Origin: Octopus sinensis
Lineage: Eukaryota
Direction: 5' to 3'
Assembly: GCF_006345805.1 (NCBI RefSeq)
Contig: NW_021832741.1
Span: forward strand, 1-32,895
DNA: 32,895 bases
The notes beneath the pieces are model-generated. The model was not told where the DNA came from, ran no database searches, and was given only the letters and a program-made list of their open reading frames with translations. The translations under genes were made by a program, and so were the position numbers. Each line of letters opens with the position of its first letter. The stretch's first letter is position 1. Below, one piece after another: positions 1 to 10,500 of this stretch.

Positions 1-686
1 ACTGTCTTTAAACCTCCGATATATTTTTCTAAAACTCTTTTGGAATAAATGAATCATAAACTCAAATACAGCGTATTAAAGTGCATCAATACGAAAATTT
101 TCACCCAATTTTAAAATTTCAAAATCCGTGACAGCAACAAAAAATATCTCTCTTTCATTTTACGCTTTTCATATGGTAAACTTTTCCCCTCTCTCTATAT
201 GTATATCTATCACAATCTCTCCCACTCTCTATAAAAGTATGTAGCTTACGCTGAGTGTATGTAGGGTATGTATGTATCAGTATGTGTCTATGCATGTATG
301 TAAAGAATTTCATTGGGGAGACAGGGTGATTTTAAACAAAGGTATGTAAAGGATAATTTATTTTAATAGCATATTTTTCTGTTAGTAAATATGTTCTTTC
401 TTACGCAAGTACACACACAACACACATATAGACACACACTGAAACACAGGCACGCACACACATGTGCCCGCGTACACTGACACGGGCTCGCTTGATGCGG
501 GGTGGGCTTTAGAAATTGTATTACAAATTTTTGTTGTTTTAAATTCCATATATGAATCACCGTATCATCATTCCATAAAGTGCGTTGATGGGGAAAATAT
601 TTAAATAACATCAATACATGTACAAAGAAGCGGAGAATATACTAGTTGGTCATGGGATGAGCTAGAAACAAAACACCATTTTGTCT

Positions 687-887
687 ACTCTTTTACTCTT
701 TTATTTGTTTCAGTCATTTGACTGTGGCCATGCTAGAGCACCGCCTTTAATCGAGCAAATCGACCCCAGGAAGCCTAGTACTTATTTTATCGGTTTCTTT
801 TGCCGAACCGCTAAGTTACGGGGACGTAAACACACCACCATCGATTGTCAAGCGATGGTTGGGGGACAAACACAGACACAAACATAT

Positions 888-933
<46 letters not shown>

Positions 934-1051
934 GACGGGCTTCTTTCAGTTTCCGCCTACCAAATCCACTCACAAGGATTTGGGGGGTCCAAGGCTATAG
1001 TAGAAGACACTTGCCCAAGGTGCTACTTACCATACAGCCACTTCTGCGCCT
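687..1051 (-). mobile_element. tRNA-derived SINE type 1 (CORE-like body, internal (TA)n), with a 45-bp deletion in the head
   Basis: Aligns with copies at 2591-3020 and 17303-17748. Minus strand reads AGGCGCAGAAGTGGCTGTATGGTAAGTAGC, then ACCTTGGGCAAGTGTCTTCTACTATAGCC (CORE-like), an internal (TA)n, and a (GAGTAAAA)n tail. Confidence 0.9.
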
Positions 1052-1563
1052 ATGTCTGAAAATTATTTTGAAATAAAATCAGAAACAAATTGCAGATACG
1101 GACTATCCGTATCTAAAATATATGATTAAAAAAATTCGAAAAGAGTCTAAAATTTTAGAATTTATTTGTGGGCGGAATAAATGAAAAATTTTATTTTTTA
1201 AATTTCACTATTGTTTTTTAAATTACGTTTCATTTTCTGCTTTAAAATAAAGGAAACGCAATTTTAATGATAATCACCGATTTCCCAACTTGTTTTTCAA
1301 CTTAAAGGCGTGTTCCATTGTTTTTAAATGCATAGTGCAAAAAACGAAATCGGTCTCGAAGTGGAGAGGAGGGACTCATAAATTTTCAAATTAGTTTTTC
1401 CTTAAAAGCTTCTCCCCATATTTTTCAAGAGCGTAGCGAAAAAAAATTTGAAAATTTCCCGGTCAAAACGGAGAAAATCAAATTTATGTAGGTGTGCTAT
1501 TTTGAAAGTCCGCCAAGGGATTCTCTTGTGAAAATTACACAGCAGAAACAGGATACTCAGCCA

Positions 1564-1762
<199 letters not shown>

Positions 1763-2238
1763 TAGGCTTATAGGTCCTCTTTATTTGTTTTCCTGTCTGT
1801 TTCTATTCCTTCTTGTACTGTATTTCTTGTAATTGTATTTTTATTTTGTATTTGTTTTTAATTGTATTGTTTTTACGTCCTGTTTTTGTCACATTTTTTT
1901 CCCTTGTTTTTACCCCTCTGCAAAGGAATTTTATTCAATTCTTTCGCAGGAAGGATTAGTTCGACGAAACGTGTTCTGTCCTCACCTTCGAAACACGCTG
2001 GAGCTGAACTAGGGACAGCTGATGTAGGGGATTTTTCCTTGTGTAGTTGTCTTGTACTCTGTTCTTGTACTCCGTTCCATGCTGTTTTTACGTTTTCGTT
2101 TCCCGTTGAGTTCTACGTCTATTTGTGGTGTCCTGTACACACGTATATATATTTATATATGCATGTATATATACATGTAGATGTAGGTACGTACATATAT
2201 GTTTGTATGTATGCATATATTTTATTTATTACACTATA

Positions 2239-2269
<31 letters not shown>

Positions 2270-2590
2270 GGATAAATTGAAAGATAGATATTTTTTATAT
2301 TTAATACATACACACACATACATATGTTTTACGATACAAATATGATAATACTTCTCGACCACAGAATTGCCGTTAGAACAGCAAAAGTACTGGGTAAGTT
2401 ACTGTTAGACAGTGGAAACATTTTTCAGCAAACAGCCATGAATCTGGAACCCACCTCTCCAAGACACCCAGTGAGTGCTTTACCATTAGGCTAAACTGCC
2501 CACTGACTAATTATTGTTTGTATCGTAAAATACAAATCAGGACGCTTATGAAAAGAAAAACTAAAACTAGTCTATCTATGTTCATATACA

Positions 2591-3020
2591 AGGCGTAGGA
2601 GTGGCTGTGTTGTATGTAGCTTGCTTACAAACCACATGGTTCCAGGTTCAGTCCCACTGCGTAGCACCTTGGGCAAGTGTCTTCTACTATAGCCTCGGGC
2701 CGACCAAAGCCTTGTGAGTGGATTTTGTAGACGGAAACTGAAAGAAGCCCGTTGTATATATGTATATATATATATATATATGTATGTATGTGTGTATATG
2801 TTTGTGTGTCTATGTTTGTCCCCCCAACATCGCTTGACAACCGATGCTGGTGTGTTTACGTCCCCGTAACTTAGCGGTTCGGCAAAAGAGACCGATAGAA
2901 TAAGTACTAGGCTTACAAGGAATAAGTCCTGGGGTCGATTTGCTCGACCAAAGGTGGTGCTCCAGCATGGCCACAGCCACAAGACTGAAACGAGTAAAAG
3001 TGTAAAAGAGTAAACGAGTA
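2591..3020 (+). mobile_element. tRNA-derived SINE type 1, full length
   Basis: Head AGGCGTAGGAGTGGCTGTG with B-box-like GGTTCAGTCCC, CORE-like ACCTTGGGCAAGTGTC, internal (TA)/(TG) tract, (GAGTAAAA)-like tail. High similarity to 17303-17748. Confidence 0.92.
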
Positions 3021-3069
3021 AGTAGTTACATATAGTGATGAAGATGGATTCTCTTGTCGTGAACGACAC

Positions 3070-3290
3070 ATGAGGGTTCAGTAAAATAAAGCATTAATCA
3101 TGTTCTGTGGATACGAATGTGTCTCTTGAGGTCTGCTGGTACCTTGCAATCCTTTTGGCAAATGGAACGAGTTGAGGACCCAGTTTGCTTGAATGCTCGT
3201 GGATCATTTACTATGTGTTTTCTTGGGTGGATTACAAGGCTTGCTTTGCTTCTTGCCACAGAATCATAATAAGAGGTAAGGTTTCCTGAT
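3070..3290 (-). pseudogene. Decayed coding fragment ending in one degenerate C2H2 zinc finger, possibly an RTE-type LINE ORF2 C-terminus
   Basis: Minus strand near 3172-3107 translates RSICQKDCKVPADLKRHIRIH, then RT-stop. This is C-x2-C-x12-H-x3-H spacing with the first Cys replaced by Arg. Confidence 0.35.
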
Positions 3291-3473
3291 GCTGAAGTCG
3301 ATCTTTGAACAGAAGAGAAGAACGAGCACCAGGTCTTTGCATTCTGCTTTTTTCCTCAGGAAGAAAAGGGAATTGCTTCAGATTGTTTATAATATATATG
3401 TGTATATAATATATGTGTATGCATATGTATACATACATACGTACATATATATATATATATATATATATATCTA

Positions 3474-3673
3474 TACAAAATTTAGAGGATTGACCACTAA
3501 AAGTGGACAGCCTGTATGCTAGATATAGACGTCAAAATCGCCATTTTCCACGGAGAATGTGTTCTCAACAAAAAATTCCGCAAAACACATTCTCCGTGAA
3601 AAACGGCGATTTTGATATCTATATCTAGCATACAGGCTGTCCACTTTTAGTGGTCAATCCTCTAAATTTTGTA
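3474..3673. mobile_element. Foldback MITE with TA target duplication (Tc1/mariner-type insertion)
   Basis: Arms of about 90 bp (3473-3563 and 3584-3674) are near-perfect reverse complements around a 20-nt spacer. Ends read TA|CAAAATTTAGAGG...CCTCTAAATTTTG|TA. Confidence 0.85.
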
Positions 3674-3756
3674 TGTAAAAAAATTTTTAATCTTTGGATT
3701 TTTTAAATATGCTAGGCCACTGGTTTTAATTTATTAATATCAATTTCTACCCTTAT

Positions 3757-3811
<55 letters not shown>

Positions 3812-4364
3812 GTGTGCGTGTGTGTGTGCGTGTGTACGTGCATGTATATGTGTGTGTATGCGTATGTGTCGGGTGTTTGTGTTTGAGTGAGTCGACTAAC
3901 GAAAGAAAATGACCCTCAACACATAAGTTAGCGGTTACGTGTATGATTTGATAAACTTGACTCTATTCAACTTCGAAAATCGTACGCTCGTAGAATGAAC
4001 ATTAGCTCGTGACATTGATTCTGACAACACGCTTCGTAAAGATCGACTATTCCATGTCACACTTCCTACTTCACCCTACTACAACCAGTACTACTAGTAT
4101 ACTATTACATTTATTACTGCTACTAATACATCAATAAGATGTCAACGACAGAGGAAGAGTCTTTAAGTTGTAATTCGACTTGCTAGAAATCAATATATCA
4201 TACCCTATCGTCTTACAAGAAATCCATCGGATCATTTCAATTTGGGTACAATTTGAACAGAATACAACTATGGTTGAACACAGGTCTCCTTACTTGGGAC
4301 TAAGCAATTTGTTCTATAAACTATTACTATTAGCAATAACATTGATAACGTAATAATTATTTCC

Positions 4365-4862
4365 AGTTTAAGCACAAGTTCGGCGATTACGAGGAGACGT
4401 GGGATTATCACTTAATCTGACACCAGTCCTAGACTGATACTTTTTCCAGCAACGAATACTGCGATGCATTTTCCCCAACACTAACAATTATGTCACATTG
4501 ACGACTTAATAAATACTAACTGTAATTACGCTTTCAAATTTTGGTACAACGCCAGCAATTTCGAGGAAATGACAAGTCGATTACATCAACCTAAATGCTG
4601 AAATGATACTTATTTTTTCATACGGAAAGAATGAACTGTCAAGTCAACTTTGGGCCTTGCTCTATACGTGCAAGGCCTGAAATTTTGGTTTCAGTAAGTC
4701 GATTTCATTGGCCTCAGTGCTTCGCTGGTTACTTATTTCATCAAACATAAAGTGATGAAAGGCGAAGTCGACATCGGCGAAACTTGAACTCAGAACATAA
4801 AGACGGACGAAATGTCGCTAAGCATTTCGCCAAGCGTTCTGACGACTCTGCCAGCTTGCTGT
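4365..4862 (-). mobile_element. Tandem cluster of three decayed tRNA-derived SINE type 2 copies (GCCTTGTGCCAAAATTTGAAA-like tail variant)
   Basis: 4665-4862 aligns in reverse with the SINE at 17029-17255 (GCCAGC...AGCATTTCG...AACTCAGAAC...GTCGAC...AAGTCGATT). Shorter 3' pieces lie at about 4530-4650 and 4365-4445. Confidence 0.75.
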
Positions 4863-4863
4863 C

Positions 4864-4889
4864 TTACTACAACTACTGCAACAAAAACA

Positions 4890-4985
<96 letters not shown>

Positions 4986-5029
4986 ACTACCACTACTACT
5001 ACCATCACCACCACTGCCACCACTACCAT

Positions 5030-5085
<56 letters not shown>

Positions 5086-5146
5086 ATAATAATAATAATA
5101 ATAACAATAATAATAATAATATTATTTTTATTATTATTATTATTAA
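4864..5146. repeat. Compound trinucleotide array (TAC)n(TGC)n(CAC/TAC)n(AAT)n(TAT)n
   Basis: Directly visible; it accounts for the poly-Y/T/V/S ORFs at 4784-5209. Confidence 0.97.
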
Positions 5147-5147
5147 C

Positions 5148-5760
5148 TCGCATGATAGAACAGCACAATTATTCATCGGGTAATTTGCAAAAACTTGAAC
5201 CTGTCCCATAATGTTTAATGTTGTATATATGGAGTAGTGGGGTTTGCTTTGTTGTTTATAGCTGAATATAGAAATATTTTATTCATAAGATAAAAACTGG
5301 TGGGAATACCAATCACCTCCAGTGCTTGAAAAGGTCCACATCTCACACCTCTGGAACTTTACCGTTCAAACTGACAGAAAGATAGATGCAAATAGGCCAG
5401 ACAACATATTGAAAGACTTCAGACAAAAAATCTAGCCTCCTTATTGATATGACTGTCCTGATCGACATAAATATATCTGTCAAGACCTACCAACAATTGA
5501 GTAAGTTGAAAGATCTTGAAATACAAAATTGGCAAAAAATTGAAGTTCGAGACTAAAACAATACCTGTTGTCATAGATGCTCTAGTAATGATAGCAAAAG
5601 AAGCTGATTGCTACCTAGCTCAGATATCAGGAAACCCCAAAATGGCAGAAATTCAAATGATAGTGCTCATGGGAACTGTCCATATCCTACGTAAAATACA
5701 GTCTATGTAATCTCAAATTTTAAAATAAACTCATAATTCTCTTATGTGTTCTTAAACACA
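5148..5760 (+). mobile_element. R4/Dong-like non-LTR retrotransposon 3' fragment (REL endonuclease and partial 3' UTR)
   Basis: Frameshifted translation: RHD...IHRVICKNLNL, DKNWWE, NFTVQTDRKIDANRPD, LIDMTV, KTIPVVIDAL...VLMGTVHILRKIQSM-stop. These are the R-H-D and PD..D REL motifs. Confidence 0.88.
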
Positions 5761-6628
5761 TTGCTTGCATAGTGCTTTATCTTTGCAATCTTTCATCCTG
5801 CACAGGCCTGACTTTCTTACTTGTAATAATAGCGGTTCTGTGGCATTTTTACATACCATGCTTTGTTGTTTTCTTCTGCTCTAATGTTGTGTTCGCATCC
5901 AATAAGTCCCCTTCTCCCTTTTCTTTTCTTGGTACATACACTGTGTCACTTTTTGGGTGAAGTGTCCCATATCTAGTTACCAATATCCTTCTATTTCTGT
6001 CTAAGCTGTTTAGTTCGTCTGTGCACAAATTTGTGGATAAAATGGTGAAACCGTATAGCGTATTACTAGCCGATGTACGTCACAAGTCCAGAGGGAATAT
6101 CAGAGATTCCACGACAATATAGCCAGGTTTGTTCATTGGACAATTTGCAACAAGTATGGAGTTCACAGAAAAAAAAAATGGTACGACCACAAATCCGAAG
6201 GCATCGTCGAAAATGATAAAGCAAAGATCCTGTGGGGTTTTATGATTCAGTGCGACCATGAGATAAAGAACAGGAAGCCAGACATAGTCTTAATTGAGAA
6301 AGAAAGCAAACTATGCTCGATCATAAATATAGCATGCCCAGCTGACAACATGATATGTGATAAGGAAGAAAGAAAAGTTGAGAGATATGACAGGTTAACT
6401 TAGGAAGTTAAGCAGTTGTGGTCGATGAAAAAGGTGGTAGTAATACCAATAATTTCCGGAGCATGGGAACAGTGCAATAAGCGTGGAGCACTTTCAGAAA
6501 ACAGCACTGCTTGGAACCGCTCAAATACTCCGGAAGGTGCTCGAAAAATTAGAGGTGCTACCTTAGTTCACTGGTAGTGAATAGCTGACGCCGTAGTACA
6601 TCTCCAGCGTTAGAAGCTGTGCAAAGGC
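5761..6628 (+). mobile_element. R4/Dong-like element with an inverted 5' segment (5761-6020 minus, 6021-6628 plus) and an (AAT)n tail
   Basis: Minus part: DELNSLDR..LVTRYGTLHPKSDT..YVPRK..GLIGCEHNIRAEENNKAWYVKNATEPLLLQVRKSG. Plus part: ICG.NGETV.RITSRC..EYQRFHDNIARFVHW..KILWGFMIQCDHEIKNRKPDIV..QKTALLGTAQILRKVL. (AAT)n follows. Confidence 0.88.
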
Positions 6629-6688
6629 AATAATAATAATAATAATAATGATAATAATAATAATAATAACTACAACAACAACAACAAC

Positions 6689-6748
<60 letters not shown>
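6629..6748. repeat. (AAT)n/(AAC)n array
   Basis: Directly visible. Confidence 0.97.
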
Positions 6749-6778
6749 TTCATTTAATTTGTTAAGATCGGGTTTTAG

Positions 6779-7490
6779 TTGTATGATTTCTTGTGTAAAA
6801 GACTACTACATACTGTGAAAGGATTCAGTGATGATATCGGGATGGAGTTTGACCTTGAAAAGTGTGCCAAAGCCACATTTAAGAAAGGGAAATTGGTAAA
6901 GTCAAGTTCAATCGAATTAGATGTCGAAACAGTAATAAAGGAACTTGAGCAGGAACAAACGTATAAATACCTAGGAATAAATGAAGGCTCTGGTATCCAG
7001 CATGCAAGCATGAAAGAGAAGGTTAGGAAGGAATGTTATAGAAAAGTTCGAGCAGTCCTGAAGTCTGAGCTGAATGCATATAATAAGGTGTTAGCCATAA
7101 ATTCCTTAGCAGTACCAGTTGTTCTTTATAGCTTCAATGTACTTAACTGGGATACCAGTGAAATAATGAAAATTGACAGAAAAATCCGCAAGCTACTGAC
7201 TTGTAATAAGATGCACCATCCAAAGGCAGACGTGGATCGTCTTTACCTTCCCAGAGCTCAGGGAGGACGTGGTTTGATCCAGCTTGAACTTATGTACAAA
7301 ACCACCACAATATTGATCAGATGGGGAGAGGAAAAGAGCATAAAGCTTAATTTAGTACTGCTCCAGAAAGCAATGTTACTAGGGACATCTTGGACACATA
7401 GGAGGGTTCTTGGCATCTAAGGTTACTTGTAGCCTGATATTAGGATTTTTTTCGTTTTCAACAGTCTAATCTATTGTGTGTATGGGAAGT
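6779..7490 (+). mobile_element. R4/Dong-like fragment: late RT/thumb region fused in frame to the extreme 3' end (213-aa ORF 6779-7420)
   Basis: FSDDIGMEFDLEKC, YKYLGINE, NKVLAINSLAVPV, HPKADVDRLYLPRAQGGRGL, then an abrupt jump to LQKAMLLGTS...VLGI-stop and a 3' UTR matching 31390-31563. Confidence 0.9.
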
Positions 7491-7500
7491 ATAATAATAA

Positions 7501-10500
7501 TTTTTTTCTTTATTGGCCAACGGGGCCGAACACAGCAATAAGGGACAATAAAATCCAAGAGATAAGTGGGGTTTAGCGCAAAAATTTGTGTATGAAAAAT
7601 GAAATTAGAACAATTAACAACATAAGTTCGACCATGAAATTCCTCCCAAAATGGGAATTCTACACAGGGACAACCACCAAACCCCACGCATCCTGCTTAC
7701 TCCAACCGCTAGGTGCCTTTCTCCATCTCAACTTTTCCAGCTTACACGTGTACATTCAGAATAGGCCTATTCACACAGATCATCCTCACCCCATTCACCC
7801 ACTTTTTCAAGAAAAATATTGGCGGGTAGTACTCCCCTATCCACTCTTACTTTCTTTTTCAAGTGGAACTTGAAAAAGTCGATGAGGGCTTTGCCGAAGA
7901 AGAAAGTATCTGTCTTCAGCCCACCACACTACCACTTTTACCATTGCCACGAAAACTACATGCCCTTCCTAGGCAAAATATGGTGGCGGAATGATCTTCA
8001 CAATGTACTCGGTTGATAACCGGATCTGTCCTACACACGCCAAAGTTCCACAAGTCAGCAATTTCCGGAAATTGTTTGTGTGCATGCAGAAAGGTTTCGT
8101 CGCTCTGCGCACATCTCGGAGAGGTCCATCTGACAGCGCTTGCGTGCCACTAGTGCTTGTCTCGAACCAGCAGGGCTCCTAGGTAACACTGCCAGGCTAG
8201 GGATTTCTGAAAATTATCCATAGGCCCCGGCCAAAAAACTTGAGAAAAGACTAGCTAATTCATCCCACGCGACGTCCAGAATTTCCTCCGCGGACGTGGT
8301 CACTCTTGCCCGCTACTAATGCCCGATAGACCTCCAATGTGGAACTTCCAACGACTGCATTGCCCAACTGGCAGAGGGCTGTAAGCCCTTGCCGATACTC
8401 CACGTTCCAAGCACCCTTTCTCGGTCTATTCTTAATCCAGGTCAGTACATCCGGGTCAATGAGACAAGCTGCGTAAAATCCTATCTAATAAACGGCGAGC
8501 ACACCTACTGACTGTTAAGGAAACGCTGGAAATGTCACAGCCTCAGCGTATGTCTGTGCATCATTATCCACGATATGATCTATCCTCCACGAACTAAACA
8601 CGTCCCTATCACAGAAAACGGAAAAGCAAGCGGTCTATGTTGATCAGCCACGAAGCAGGGTAAGGGACAATGGTAAGACAGTAGCAGATGACTGAAGCAA
8701 CGTACGCATTCGCCATTCCATTCGATCCTTCAAGGAGGGCTTCCTCTATGCCCATTTCTGAGAGCAACCCTCCTCGTCCCTTCTCCCCAATTCTTGCTCA
8801 CCTGGATGTCAAGACCAAATCAGACGCCGAGAAATTTAACCGTTACTTCCTCACTAGCACGACGTTTTGTTCGTGTCATTGGTTGTTGTTTTGGGGGTGC
8901 TTTCTTCTCGTGGGTTGTTGCAGTTGTAGTAGTGTTGGTGGGGTTGGTAGGGATAGCGGTAGATATGATGACGATTGTGGTGCTGGAGGGGTTGGTGATA
9001 CTATAGGGGTTTCTGTTGCTGCTGTCGGTGTTTTTTCTATTGCCTTTTTGTGTGTGTTTGAGTTGTTGTGGGGCATGATGCTTTAATGCATTTTTGGATT
9101 CCTTTTAGTTTGGGGGATTTCCCTTTACTTTCACTGCATGATGCAGATGTATCTGTATCTGTGGAATCGGGATGTATATATTTCAGGTTAAAGGAGACGA
9201 ACAGAGGGAGGTTGTGGAGGGGCTCTGTTTAGGGAGCCCCTGGATGTTTGTGTGACCATTATTAATATTCTTTATAATGTTGAATGTGGTGGTGGCGCAT
9301 CTACTTCTGGTGTTGTTAGTGCTTTTCGTGTTGCTTGTGTTGCTGTTGTTGCTGTTGTTGTTGTTGTTGTTGTTGTTAAGCAACAAGACGGGTAAGGGTG
9401 ATTAGGTGATGGTCTAGGGCTTAGGGGCGGTAGACCACAGACCTTGAAAAAAACAAAATTTTGGTCGTCTTGTTGTAGTCGAGGGCACTTCATTGACGCC
9501 CAACACCACTAGGAGGTGGCCCTCGAAGTCGCTGGAAATGGAGTTCTCCAGGTCCAAATTCTTGAACGGCGGCTGCTGCTGCTGCTGCTGCTGGTATTGC
9601 TGGTGGTATCCTGCCAACTTTTGCTGATTCTGCTGTTATTATTGTTGATGACACCATTGTTGTTCTGGTCGTTGTTGGTTGAGTTGTTGAGGCTTTTGCG
9701 GACTTCGTGTTGTCAGTAAGGGGATTCATTCATACCCTGCCTTCTATTGGGGGAGGGGGCTGAAAGCACACACGTAGACTGTCTCCCCATACAGGAGACA
9801 CTATGACTTTCTACCCTCATCCGTAACATGTAGCATTTCCTCCCTTGGAAGGTGAATGAGATCTAGGATCTTCTAGATCTTGTTTGGTTTAATATAGAGT
9901 AGCATTTCGACACTGATCCCAAACCAATTTTCACGACAGATCTGCTTCTCAAGGGTTATTATTCTCTTCCAAAACGATACATGACATAAATTTGTCTCCG
10001 GTGAACTGCTCAAGATATTTATCCACATCGTCCTCTTTCCGAAATTACGTGGGTGGAGCACATATTTTTCGGCAAGGAGCCATGAACCACGGAGTGCTGG
10101 GTGACCATAGTTTCAGTGTTGAACAGCAATGAAATACCAACGAAATGCTTTGCTCTCTAGATATTCTGAATATTAAACATTATCTTTTTCAGTGCACATT
10201 CCACATCTGCCTAACAAACTGTGTCCAGCCACTGTCTGCTAAGAAAAACACATTTATAAATAGTTGTTTTCTGTTTTTCTGCCAACCCCTCCGGAATGAT
10301 GGCTATGTCCACCAGCACTTTCTCCAGCCTTGTCAGTTTGACCGCTTGGGCCAGACATATATCCTTCTGTAAGATGTCCATTCTTTACAGCATTGTGTTT
10401 TTTCGCTATCGTTGTTGCGAATGTATTGTTACTGATGTTGTCTTCGTTATTCGCATAGGAATCATTGTTGCCGTTTAAGTTATCGGGACTACTGCTGTTT

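Noticed and set aside
1095-1563. Hairpin AGATACGGA-CTA-TCCGTATCT and a TA-flanked end (GGATACTCAGCCAG|TA), suggesting a Helitron or DNA transposon
   Set aside because: No CTRR terminus after the hairpin and no matching second TIR found.
1960-2060. GAAAC...CTGTCC...GGACAG-CTGATGT, suggesting a permuted hammerhead
   Set aside because: A9 is mutated, loop III is only 2 nt and there is no stem II; at most a decayed pLTR-like repeat.
3340-3400. CCTCAGGAAG...GAATTGCTTCAG, resembling a Penelope hammerhead remnant
   Set aside because: Both core boxes are disrupted and there is no cleavage stem.
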